A stretch of DNA of 64,000 bases. Source: Eledone cirrhosa (Eukaryota). Shown in pieces: positions 39,741-53,029 of the stretch. The notes below the pieces were generated by a model. The model was not told the DNA's origin. It searched no databases and saw only the letters and a list, made by a program, of their open reading frames with translations. The stretch spans positions 8,370,001 to 8,434,000 of the forward strand of contig OZ024740.1 of assembly GCA_964016885.1 (NCBI GenBank), in the 5' to 3' direction. Every line of letters starts with the position of its first letter. The stretch's first letter is position 1. The translations under genes and the position numbers were made by a program.

Positions 39741-42700
39741 GTCAGTTTCGAGTGGTATGTCAGTTTCTATTGGTATATCAGTTTCGATTGATATATCAGT
39801 TTCGATTAGTATATCAGTTTCTAATGGTATGTCAGTTTCTATTGGTATATCAGATTCGATTGGTATATCACTTTCGATTAGTATGTCAGTTTCTATTGGT
39901 ATGTCAGTTTTGATTGGTATATCAGTTTCAATTGGTATGTCAGTTTCAATTGGTATGTCAGTTTCGATTGGTTTATCAGTTACGATTGGTATGTAAGTTT
40001 TGATTGGTATGTCAGTTTCGATTGGGATGTCAGTTTCGATTAGTATATCGGTTTCTATTGGTATGTCAGTTTCGATTGGTATATCAATTTCAATTTGTAT
40101 ATCAGTTCCTATTGCTATATCAGTTTCAATTGGTATGTCAGTTTCAATTGGTATGTTAGTTTCTATTGGTATATTAGTTTTGACTGGTATATCAGTTTCG
40201 ATTAGTATGTCAGTTTCGATTGTTATGTCAGTTTTGATTTGTATATCAGTTCCGATTGGTAAGTCAGTCTCGATTGGTATGTCAGTTTCGATTGGTATAT
40301 CAGTTTCGATTGGTATGTCGGTTTCGATTGGTATGTCAGTTTTGATTAGTATATCAGTTTATATTGGTATATCAGTTTCGATTGGTATCTCAGTTTTTAT
40401 TGTTATATCACTTTCTATTGGTATGTCAGTTTCGATTGGTATGTCAATTTCAATTAGTATATCAGTTTCTATTGGTATATCAGTTTCGATTTGTATGTCA
40501 GTTTCGAGTGGTATGTCAGTTTCTATTGTTATATCAGTTTCGATTGATATATCAGTTTCGATTAGTATGTCAGTTTCTACTGGTATGTCAGTTTCGATTA
40601 GTATATCAGTTTCTAATGGTATGTCAGTTTTCATTGGTATATCAGATTCGATTGTTGTATCACTTTCGATTAGTATGTCAGTTCCGATTGGTATGTCAGT
40701 TTTGATTGGTATATCAGTTTCGATTGATATGTCAGTTTCGATTGGTATGTCAATTTCGATGTGTATATCAGTTTCTATTAGTATGTTAGTTTCTATTGGA
40801 ATATCAGTTTCGATTGGTATATCTGTTTCGATTAGTATTTCAGTTTCTATTTGTATGTTAGTTTCGATTAGTATATCAGTTTCAATTGGTATGTCAGTTT
40901 CGATCGGTATGTCAGTTTCTATTGATATATCAGTTTCGATTGGTATATCAGTTTCGATTGGTATATCAGTTTCATTGGTATGTCAGTTTCTATTGGTATA
41001 TCAGTTTCTATTGGTATGTCAGTTTTGATTGGTATATCAGTTTCGATTGGTATGTCAGTTTCGATTGGTATGTCAGTTTCGATTGGTATATCAGTTTCGA
41101 TTGGTATATCAGTTTCGATTGGTATGTCAATTTCAATTGGTATATCAGTTTCTATTGGTATGTCAGATTCGTGTGGTATGTCAGTTTCTATTGGTATATA
41201 AGTTTCGATTGATATATCAGTTTCGATTAGTATGTCAGTTTCATCTGGTATGTCAGTTTCGATTAGTATATCAGTTTCTATTGGTATGTCAGTTTTGATT
41301 GGTATATCAGTTTCGATTGGTATGTCAGTTTCGATTGGTATGTCAGTTTCGATTGCTATATCAGTTCCGATTGGTATGTCAGTTTCGATCGGTATGTCAG
41401 TTTCGATTGGCATATCAGTTTCGATTGGTATGTCAGTTTCGAGTGGTATGTCAGTTTCTATTGGTATATCAGTTTCGATTGATATATCAGTTTCCATTAG
41501 TATGTCACTTTCTACTGGTATGTCAGTTTCGATTAGTATATCAGTTTCTAATGGTATGTCAGTTTCTATTGGTATATCAGATTCGATTGGTATATCACTT
41601 TCGATTAGTATGTCAGTTCCGATTGGTATGTAAGTTTTGATTGGTATGTCAGTTTTGATTGGTATATCAGTTTCGATTGGTATGTCAGTTTCGATTGGTA
41701 TGTCAGTTTCGATTGGTATATCACTTTCGATTGGTATGTAAGTTTCGATTGGTATGTCAATTTCAATTGGTATATCAGTTTCTATTGGTATGTCAGTTTC
41801 GAGTGGTATGTCAGTTTCTATTGGTATATAAGTTTCGATTGATATATCATTTTCGATTAGTATATCAGTTTCTATTGGTATGTCAGTTTTGATTGGTATA
41901 TCAGTTTCGACTGGTATGTCAGTTTCGATTGGTATGTCAGTATCGATTGGTATATCAGTTCCGATTGGTATGTCAGTTTCGATTGGTATGTCAGTTTCGA
42001 TTGGTATGTCAGTTTCGATTGGTATGTCAATTCCGATGTGTATATCAGTTTCTATTAGTATGTTAGTTTCTATTGGAATATCAGTTTCGATTGGTATATC
42101 TGTTTCGATTAGTATGTCAGTTTCTATTTGTATGTTAGTTTCGATTAGTATATCAGTTTCTATTGGTATATCAGTTTCTCTTGGTATGTCAGTTTCTATT
42201 GGTATATCTGTTTCGATTGGTATATCAGTTTCGAATAGTATGTCAGTTTCTAATGGTATGTCAGTTTCGATTAGTATATCAGTTTCGATTGGTATATCAG
42301 TTTCAATTTGTATATCAGTTCCTATTGCTATATCAGTTTCTATTGGTATGTCAGTTTCAATTGGTATGTAAGTTTCGATTGATGTATCAGTTTTGATTGG
42401 TATGTCAGTTTCGATTGGTATTTCAGTTTCGATTGGTATGTCAATTTCAATTAGTATATCAGTTTCTATTGGTATATCAGTTTCGATTTGTATGTCAGTT
42501 TCGATTAGTATATCAGTTTCTATAGGTATGTCAATTTCTATTGGTATATCTGTTTCAATTGGTATATCAGTTTCGATTGATATATCAGTTTCGATTAGTA
42601 TATCAGTTTCGATTGATATATCAGTTTCGATTAGTATGTCAGTTTCTACTGGTATGTCAGTTTCGATTTGTATATCAGTTTCGATTGGTATATCAGTTTC

Positions 42701-45700
42701 GATTGGTATGTGAGTTTCTATTGGTATATCAGTTTCTATTGGTATGTCAGTTTTGATTGGTATATCAGTTTCGATTGGTATGTCAGTTTTGATTGGTATG
42801 TCAGTTTCGATTGGTATATCAGTTCCGATTGGTATATCAGTTTCGATTGGTATGTCAGTTTCGATTGGTATGTCAATTTCGATTGGTATATCAGTTTCTA
42901 TTGATATATCAGTTTCGATTGATATATCAGTTTCGATTAGTATGTCAGTTTCTACAGGTATGTCAGTTTCGATTAGTATATCAGTTTCTAATGGTATGTC
43001 AGTTTCTATTGGTATATCAGATTCGATTGGTATATCACTTTCGATTAGTATGTCAGTTTCTATTGGTATGTCAGTTTTGATTGGTATATCAGTTTCAATT
43101 GGTATGTCAGTTTCAATTGGTATGTCAGTTTCGATTGGTTTATCAGTTACGATTGGTATGTAAGTTTTGATTGGTATGTCAGTTTCGATTGGGATGTCAG
43201 TTTCGATTAGTATATCAGTTTCTATTGGTATGTCAATTTCGATTGGTATATCAATTACAATTTGTATATCAGTTCCTATTGCTATATCAGTTTCAATTGG
43301 TATGTCAATTTCAATTGGTATGTTAGTTTCTATTGGTATATTAGTTTTGACTGGTATATCAGTTTCGATTAGTATGTCAGTTTCGATTGTTATGTCAGTT
43401 TCGATTTGTATATCAGTTCCGATTGGTAAGTCAGTCTCGATTGGTATGTCAGTTTCGATTGGTATATCAGTTTCGATTGGTATGTCGGTTTCGATTGGTA
43501 TGTCAGTTTCGATTAGTATATCAGTTTATATTGGTATATCAGTTTCGATTGGTATCTCAGTTTTTATTGTTATATCACTTTCTATTGGTATGTCAGTTTC
43601 GATAGGTATGTCAGTTTCGATTGGTATATCAGTTTCGATTGGTATGTAAGTTTCTATTGATATGTCAGTTTCGATTGGTATATCAGTTTCGATTGGTATG
43701 TCAGTTTCAATTGTTATATCAGTTTCTATTTGTATGTCAATTAGGATAGGTATGTCAGTTTCTATTTGTATATCAGTTTCGATTAGTATGTCAGTTTCTA
43801 TTGGTATGTCAGTTTCTATTGGTATATCAGTTTCTATTGGTATGTCAGTTTTGAATGGTATATCAGTTTCGATTGGTATGTTAGTTTCGATTGGTATGTT
43901 AGTTTCGATTGGTATATCAGTTCCGATTGGTATGTCAGTTTCGATTGGTATGTCAGTTTCGATTGGTATGCCAATTTCAATTGGTATATCAGTTTCTATT
44001 GGTATGTCAGTTTCGTGTGGTATGTCAGTTTCTATTGGTATATAAGTTTCGATTGATATATCAGTTTCCATTAGTATGTTAGTTCCGTTTGGATTGTCAG
44101 TTTCGATTGGTTTATCAGTTCCGATTGGTATGTAAGTTTTGATTGGTATGTCAGTTTCGATTGGTATATCTGTTTCGATTGGTATATCATTTTATATTGG
44201 TATGTCAGTTTCTAATGGTATATCAGTTTCGATTGGTATATCAGTTTCGATTAGTATGTCAGTTTCTATTGGTATGTTAGTTTCGATTAGTATAATAGTT
44301 TCTATTGGTATGTCAGTTTCGATCGGTATGTTAGTTTCTATTGATATATCAGGTTCGATTGGTATATCAGTTTCTATTGGTATGTCAGTTTTGATTGGTA
44401 TATCAGTTTCGATTGGTATGTCAGTTTCGATTCGTATGTCAGTTTCGATTGGTATATCAGTTCCGATTGGTATGTCAGTTTCGATTGGTATGACAGTTTC
44501 GATTGGTATATCAGTTTCGATTGGTATGTCAGTTTCGATTGGTATGTCAATTTCGATTGGTATATCAGTTTCTATTGGTATGTCAGTTTCGAGTGGTATG
44601 TCAGTTTCTATTGGTATATCAGTTTCGATTTGTATATCAGTTCCTATTGCTATATCTGTTTCTATTGGTATGTCAGTTTCAATTGGTATGTCAGTTTCGA
44701 TTGGATTGTCAGTTTCGCTTGGTTTATCAGTTCCGATTGGTATGTATGTTTTGATTGGTATGTCAGTTTCGATTGGTATATCAGTTTCGATTGGTATATC
44801 AGTTTCTATTGGTATGTCAGTTTCTATTGGTATGTCAGTTTCTATTGGGATATCAGTTTCGATTGGTATATCTGTTTCGATTGATATATCAGTTTCGAAT
44901 AGTATGTCAGTTTCTACTGGTATGTCAGTTTTGATTGGTATATCAGTTTCGATTGGTATGTCAGTTTCGATTGGTATGTCAGTTTCGATTGGCATATCAG
45001 TTCCGATTGGTATGTCAGTTTCCATTGGTATGTCAGTTTCGATTGGTATGTCAGTTTTGATTGGTATGTCAATTTCGATGTGTATATCAGTTTCTATTAG
45101 AATGTTAGTTTCTATTGGAATATCAGTTTCGATTGGTATATCTGTTTCGATTAGTATTTCAGTTTCTATTTGTATGTTAGTTTCGATTACTATATCAGTT
45201 TCAATTGGTATGTCAGTTTCGATCGGTATGTCAGTTTCTATTGATATATCAGTTTCGATTGGTATATCAGTTTCGATTGGTATATCAGTTTCATTGGTAT
45301 GTCAGTTTCTATTGGTATATCAGTTTCTATTGGTATGTCAGTTTTGATTGGTATATCAGTTTCGATTGGTATGTCAGTTTCGATTGGTATATCAGTTTCG
45401 ATTGGTATGTCAGTTTCGATTGGTATGTCAATTTCAATTGGTATATCAGTTTCTATTGGTATGTCAGTTTTGTGTGGTATGTCAGTTTCTATTGGTATAT
45501 AAGTTTCGATTGATATATCAGTTTCGATTAGTATGTCAGTTTCATCTGGTATGTGAGTTTCGATTATTATATCAGTTTCTATTGGTATGTCAGTTTCGAT
45601 TCGTATATCAGTTTCGATTTGTATATCAGTTCCTATTGCTATATCTGTTTCTATTGGTATGTCAGTTTCAATTGGTATGTCAGTTTCGTTTGGATTGTCT

Positions 45701-46169
45701 GTTTCGATTGGTTTATCAGTTCCGATTGGTATGTAAGTTTTGATTGGTGTGTCAGTTTCGATTGGTATATCAGTTTCGATTGGTATATCAGTTTCTATTG
45801 GTATGTCAGTTTCTATTGGTATGTCAGTTTCTATTGGGATATCAGTTTCGATTGGTATATCAGTTTCGATTGATATATCAGTTTCGAATAGTATGTCAGT
45901 TTCTACTGGTATGTCAGTTTCGATTAGTATATCAGTTTCTATTGGTATGTCAGTTTCAATTTGTATGTAAGTTTCGATTGATGTATCAGTTTCGATTGGT
46001 ATGTCAGTTTCGATTGGTATATCAGTTTCGATTGGTATGTCAATTTCAATTAGTATATCAGTTTCTATTGGTATATCAGTTTCGATTTGTATGTCAGTTT
46101 CGATTAGTATATCAGTTTCTATAGGTATGTCAATTTCTATTGGTATATCAGTTTCGATTGATATATCAG

Positions 46170-49100
46170 TTTCGATTAGTATGTCAGTTTCTACTGGTGT
46201 GTCAGTTTCGATTAGTATATCAGTTTCTATTGGTATGTCAGTTTCTAATGGTATATCAGTTTCGATTGGTATATCAGTTTTGATTAGTATGTCAGTTTCT
46301 ACTGGTATGTTAGTTTCGATTAGTATATCAGTTTCTATTGGTATGTCAGTTTCGATCGATATGTCAGTTTCTATTGGTATATCAGTTTCGATTGGTATGT
46401 CAGTTTCGATTGGTATGTCAATTTCGATTGGTATATCAGTTTCTATTGGTATGTCAGTTTCGATTGGTATGTCAGTTTCTATTGGTATATCAGTTTCGAT
46501 TGATATATCAGTTTCGATTAGTATGTCAGTTTCTAATGGTATGTCAGTTTCGATTAGTTTATCAGTTTCTAATGGTATGTCAGTTTCTATTGGTATATCA
46601 GATTCGATTGGTATATCACTTTCGATTAGTATGTCAGTTCCGATTGGTATGTCAGTTTTGATTGGTATATCAGTTTCGATTGGTATGTTAGTTTCGATTG
46701 GTATGTCAGTTTCGATTGGTATGTCAGTTTCGATCGGTATGTCAGTTTCTATTGATATATCAGTTTCGATTGGTATATCAGTTTCGATTGGTATATCAGT
46801 TTCATTGGTATGTCAGTTTCTATTGGTATATCAGTTTCGATTGGTATGTCAGTTTCGATTGGTATGTCAATTTCAATTGGTATATAAGTTTCGATTGATA
46901 TATCAGTTTCGATTAGTATGTCAGTTTCATCTGGTATGTCAGTTTCGATTAGTATATCAGTTTCTATTGGTATGTCAGTTTTGATTGGTATATCAGTTTC
47001 GATTTGTATGTCAGTTTCGTTTGGATTGTCAGTTTCGATTGGTTTATCAGTTCCGATTGGTATGTAAGTTTTGATCGGTATGTCAGTTTCGATTGGTATA
47101 TCAGTTTCGATTGGTATATCAGTTTCTATTGGTATGTTAGTTTCTATTGGTATGTCAGTTTCTATTGGGATATCAGTTTCGATTGGTATATCAGTTTCGA
47201 TTGATATATCAGTTTCGAATAGTATGTCAGTTTCTACTGCTATGTCAGTTTCGATTAGTATATCAGTTTCTATTGGTATGTCAGTTTCGATTGGTATATC
47301 AGTTTCGATTTGTATATCAGTTCCTATTGCTATATCAGATTCTATTGGTATGTCAGTTTCAATTGGTATGTAAACTTCGATTGATGTATCAGTTTCGATT
47401 GGTATGTCAGTTTCGATATGTATATCAGTTTCGATTGGTATGTCAATTTCAATTACTATATCAGTTTCTATTGGTATATCAGTTTCGATTTGTATGTCAG
47501 TTTCGAGTGGTATGTCAGTTTCTATTGGTATATCAGTTTCGATTGATATATCAGTTTCGATTAGTATATCAGTTTCTAATGGTATGTCAGTTTCCATTGG
47601 TATATCAGATTCGATTGGTATATCACTTTCGATTAGTATGTCAGTTCCGATTGGTATGTCAGTTTTGATTGGTATATCAGTTTCGATTGGTATGTCAGTT
47701 TCGATTGGTATGTCAGTTTCGATTGGTATATCAGTTCCGATTGGTATGTCAGTTTCGATTGGTATGTCAGTTTCGATTGGTATGTCAATTTCGATGAGTA
47801 TATCAGTTTCTATTAGTATGTTAGTTTCTATTGGAATATCAGTTTCGATTGGTATATCTGTTTCGATTATTATTTCAGTTTCTATTTGTATGTCAGTTTC
47901 GATTGGTATGTCAGTTTCGATTGGTATATCAGTTTCGATTGGTATGTCAGTTTCGATTGGTATGTCAATTTCAATTGGTCTATCAGTTTCTATTGGTATG
48001 TCAGTTTCGTGTGGTATGTCAGTTTCTATTGGTATATAAGTTTCGATTGATATATCAGTTTCGATTAGTATGTCAGTTTCATCTGGTATGTCAGTTACGA
48101 TTAGTATATCAGTTTCTATTGGTATGTCAGTTTTGATTGGTATATCAGTTTCGATTGGTATGTCAGTTTCGATTGGTATGTCAGTTTCGATTGCTATATC
48201 AGTTCCGATTGGTATGTCAGTTTCGATTGGTATGTCAGTTTTTATTGGGATATCAGTTTCGATTGGTATATCAGTTTCGATTGATATATCAGTTTCGAAT
48301 AGTATGTCAGTTTCTACTGCTATGTCAGTTTTGATTGGTATATCAGTTTCGATTGGTATGTCAGTTTCGATTGGTATGTCAGTTTCGATTGCTATATCAG
48401 TTCCGATTGGTATGTCAGTTTCGATTGGTATGTCAGTTTCGATTGGTATATCAGTTTCGATTGGTATGTCAGTTTCGATTTGTATGTCAATTTCGATTGG
48501 TATATCAGTTTCTATTCGTATGTCAGTTTCGAGTGGTATGTCAGTTTCTATTGGTATATCAGTTTCGATTGATATATCAGTTTCCATTAGTATGTCAGTT
48601 TCTACTGGTATGTCAGTTTCGATTAGTATATCAGTTTCTAATGGTATGTCAGTTTCTATTGGTATATCAGATTCGATTGGTATATCACTTTCGATTAGTA
48701 TGTCAGTTTCGATTAGTATGTCAGTTTCTACTGGTATGTCAGTTTCGATTAGTATATCAGTTTCTATTGGTATGTCAGTTTCTAATGGTATATCAGTTTC
48801 GATTGGTATATCAGTTTTGATTAGTATGTCAGTTTCTACTGGTATGTTAGTTTCGATTAGTATATCAGTTTCTATTGGTATGTCAGTTTCGATCGATATG
48901 TCAGTTTCTATTGGTATATCAGTTTCGATTGGTATGTCAGTTTCGATTGGTATGTCAATTTCGATTGGTATATCAGTTTCTATTGGTATGTCAGTTTCGA
49001 TTGGTATGTCAGTTTCTATTGGTATATCAGTTTCGATTGATATATCAGTTTCGATTAGTATGTCAGTTTCTAATGGTATGTCAGTTTCGATTAGTTTATC

Positions 49101-51190
49101 AGTTTCTAATGGTATGTCAGTTTCTATTGGTATATCAGATTCGATTGGTATATCACTTTCGATTAGTATGTCAGTTCCGATTGGTATGTCAGTTTTGATT
49201 GGTATATCAGTTTCGATTGGTATGTTAGTTTCGATTGGTATGTCAGTTTCGATTGGTATGTCAGTTTCGATCGGTATGTCAGTTTCTATTGATATATCAG
49301 TTTCGATTGGTATATCAGTTTCGATTGGTATATCAGTTTCATTGGTATGTCAGTTTCTATTGGTATATCAGTTTCGATTGGTATGTCAGTTTCGATTGGT
49401 ATGTCAATTTCAATTGGTATATAAGTTTCGATTGATATATCAGTTTCGATTAGTATGTCAGTTTCATCTGGTATGTCAGTTTCGATTAGTATATCAGTTT
49501 CTATTGGTATGTCAGTTTTGATTGGTATATCAGTTTCGATTTGTATGTCAGTTTCGTTTGGATTGTCAGTTTCGATTGGTTTATCAGTTCCGATTGGTAT
49601 GTAAGTTTTGATCGGTATGTCAGTTTCGATTGGTATATCAGTTTCGATTGGTATATCAGTTTCTATTGGTATGTTAGTTTCTATTGGTATGTCAGTTTCT
49701 ATTGGGATATCAGTTTCGATTGGTATATCAGTTTCGATTGATATATCAGTTTCGAATAGTATGTCAGTTTCTACTGCTATGTCAGTTTCGATTAGTATAT
49801 CAGTTTCTATTGGTATGTCAGTTTCGATTGGTATATCAGTTTCGATTTGTATATCAGTTCCTATTGCTATATCAGATTCTATTGGTATGTCAGTTTCAAT
49901 TGGTATGTAAACTTCGATTGATGTATCAGTTTCGATTGGTATGTCAGTTTCGATATGTATATCAGTTTCGATTGGTATGTCAATTTCAATTACTATATCA
50001 GTTTCTATTGGTATATCAGTTTCGATTTGTATGTCAGTTTCGAGTGGTATGTCAGTTTCTATTGGTATATCAGTTTCGATTGATATATCAGTTTCGATTA
50101 GTATATCAGTTTCTAATGGTATGTCAGTTTCCATTGGTATATCAGATTCGATTGGTATATCACTTTCGATTAGTATGTCAGTTCCGATTGGTATGTCAGT
50201 TTTGATTGGTATATCAGTTTCGATTGGTATGTCAGTTTCGATTGGTATGTCAGTTTCGATTGGTATATCAGTTCCGATTGGTATGTCAGTTTCGATTGGT
50301 ATGTCAGTTTCGATTGGTATGTCAATTTCGATGTGTATATCAGTTTCTATTAGTATGTTAGTTTCTATTGGAATATCAGTTTCGATTGGTATATCTGTTT
50401 CGATTATTATTTCAGTTTCTATTTGTATGTCAGTTTCGATTGGTATGTCAGTTTCGATTGGTATATCAGTTTCGATTGGTATGTCAGTTTCGATTGGTAT
50501 GTCAATTTCAATTGGTCTATCAGTTTCTATTGCTATGTCAGTTTCGTGTGGTATGTCAGTTTCTATTGGTATATAAGTTTCGATTGATATATCAGTTTCG
50601 ATTAGTATGTCAGTTTCATCTGGTATGTCAGTTACGATTAGTATATCAGTTTCTATTGGTATGTCAGTTTTGATTGGTATATCAGTTTCGATTGGTATGT
50701 CAGTTTCGATTGGTATGTCAGTTTCGATTGCTATATCAGTTCCGATTGGTATGTCAGTTTCGATTGGTATGTCAGTTTCTATTGGGATATCAGTTTCGAT
50801 TGGTATATCAGTTTCGATTGATATATCAGTTTCGAATAGTATGTCAGTTTCTACTGCTATGTCAGTTTTGATTGGTATATCAGTTTCGATTGGTATGTCA
50901 GTTTCGATTGGTATGTCAGTTTCGATTGCTATATCAGTTCCGATTGGTATGTCAGTTTCGATTGGTATGTCAGTTTCGATTGGTATATCAGTTTCGATTG
51001 GTATGTCAGTTTCGAGTGGTATGTCAGTTTCTATTGGTATATCAGTTTCGATTGATATATCAGTTTCCATTAGTATGTCAGTTTCTACTGGTATGTCAGT
51101 TTCGATTAGTATATCAGTTTCTAATGGTATGTCAGTTTCTATTGGTATATCAGATTCGATTGGTATATCACTTTCGATTAGTATGTCAGT
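46170..51190 (+). repeat. Higher-order tandem duplication of ~2537 bp (~141 monomers) x2; boundaries approximate
   Basis: Constant offset 2537 (46338/48875, 46749/49286, 47071/49608, 47404/49941, 48070/50607). Shared rare variant TAAACTTCG at ~47371 and ~49908. Confidence 0.9.
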
Positions 51191-53029
51191 TCCGATTGGT
51201 ATGTAAGTTTTGATTGGTATGTCAGTTTTGATTGGAATATCAGTTTCGATTGGTATGTCAGTTTCGATTGGTATGTCAGTTTCGATTGGTATATCACTTT
51301 CGATTGGTATGTAAGTTTCGATTGGTATGTCAATTTCAATTGGTATATCAGTTTCTATTCGTATATCAGTTTCTATTGGTATGTCAGTTTTGATTGGTAT
51401 ATCAGTTTCGACTGGTATGTCAGTTTCGATTGGTATGTCAGTTTCGATTGGTATATAAGTTCCGATTGGTATGTCAGTTTCGATTGGTATGTCAGTTTCG
51501 ATTGGTATGTCAGTTTCAATTGGTATATCAATTTCGATTGGTATATCTGTTTCGATTAGTATGTCAGTTTCTATTTGTATGTTATGTTTCGATTAGTATA
51601 TCAGTTTCTATTGGTATGTCAGTTTCGATCGGTATGTCAGTTTCTATTGATATATCAGTTTTGATTGGTATATCAGTTTCGATTGGTATATCAGTTTCTA
51701 TTGGTATGTCAGTTTCTGTTGGTATATCAGTTTCTATTGGTATGTCAGTTTTGATTGGTATATCAGTTTCGATTGGTATGTCAGTTTCGATTGGTATGTC
51801 AGTTTCGATTGGTATATCAGTTTCGATTGATATGTCAGTTTCGATCGGTATGTCAATTTCAATTGGTATATCAGTTTCTATTGGTATGTCAGTTTCGAGT
51901 GGTATGTCAGTTTCTATTGGTATATAAGTTTCGATTGATATATCAGTTTCGATTAGTATGTCAGTTTCTACTAGTATGTCAGTTTCGATTAGTATGTCAG
52001 TTTCTATTGGTATGTCAGTTTCGATTGGTATATCAGTTTCGATTTATATATCAGTTCCTATTGCTATATCTATTTCTATTGGTATGTCAGTTTCAATTGG
52101 TATGTCAGTTTCGATTGGTATGTCAGTTTCGATTGGTTTATCAGTTCCGATTGGTATGTAAGTTTTGATTGGTATGTCAGTTTCGATTGGTATATCAGTT
52201 TCGATTGGTATATCAGTTTCTATTGGTATGTCAGTTTCTCTTGGTATGTCAGTTTCTATTGGTATATCAGTTTCGATTGGTATATCAGTTTCGAATAGTA
52301 TGTCAGTTTCTAATGGTATGTCAGTTTCGATTAGTATATCAGTTTCTATTGGTATGTCAGTTTCGATTGGTATATCAGTTTCGATTTGTATATCAGTTCC
52401 TATTGCTATATCAGTTTCTATTGGTATGTCAGTTTCAATTGGTATGTAAGTTTCGATTGATGTATCAGTTTTGATTGGTATGTCAGTTTCGATTGGTATC
52501 TCAGTTTCGATTGCTATGTCAATTTCAATTAGTATATCAGTTTCTATTGGTATATCAGTTTCGATTTGTATGTCAGTTTCGATTAGTATATCAGTTTCTA
52601 TAGGTATGTCAATTTCTATTGGTATATCCGTTTCAATTGGTATATCAGTTTCTATTGGTATATCAGTTTCGATTGGTATATCAGTTTCGATTAGTATGTC
52701 AGTTTCTATTAGTATGTCAGTTTCGATCGGTATGTCAGTTCCCATTGATATATCAGTTTCGATTAGTATATCAGTTTCGATTGGTATATTAGTTTCGATT
52801 GGTATGTGAGTTTCTATTGGTATATCAGTTTCTATTGGTATGTCAGTTTTGATTGGTATATCAGTTTCGATTGGTATGTCAGTTTTGATTGGTATGTCAG
52901 TTTCGATTGGTATATCAGTTCCGATTGGTATATCAGTTTCGATTGGTATGTCAGTTTCGATTGGTATGTCAATTTCGATTGGTATATCAGTTTCTATTGG
53001 TATATCAGTTTCGATTGATATATCAGTTT

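Larger units (their letters stand above)
33145..45860 (+). repeat. Higher-order duplication of ~6 kb x2 (33.1-39.0 kb and 39.74-45.86 kb) with the LINE fragment at the join; boundaries approximate
   Basis: Rare variants recur in the same order: GTTACG 33420/39980, TTGTTGTATCAC 33983/40652, CAGTATCG 35255/41940, AGTATAATAG 37500/44290, TATGTATGTTTTG 37915/44745, TTAGAATG 38270/45100. Confidence 0.8.

Noticed and set aside
33145-45860. The ~6-kb duplication as a giant target-site duplication of the 39-kb insertion
   Set aside because: The two copies differ by many monomer indels and substitutions while the element is essentially undiverged, so the duplication is older than the insertion.
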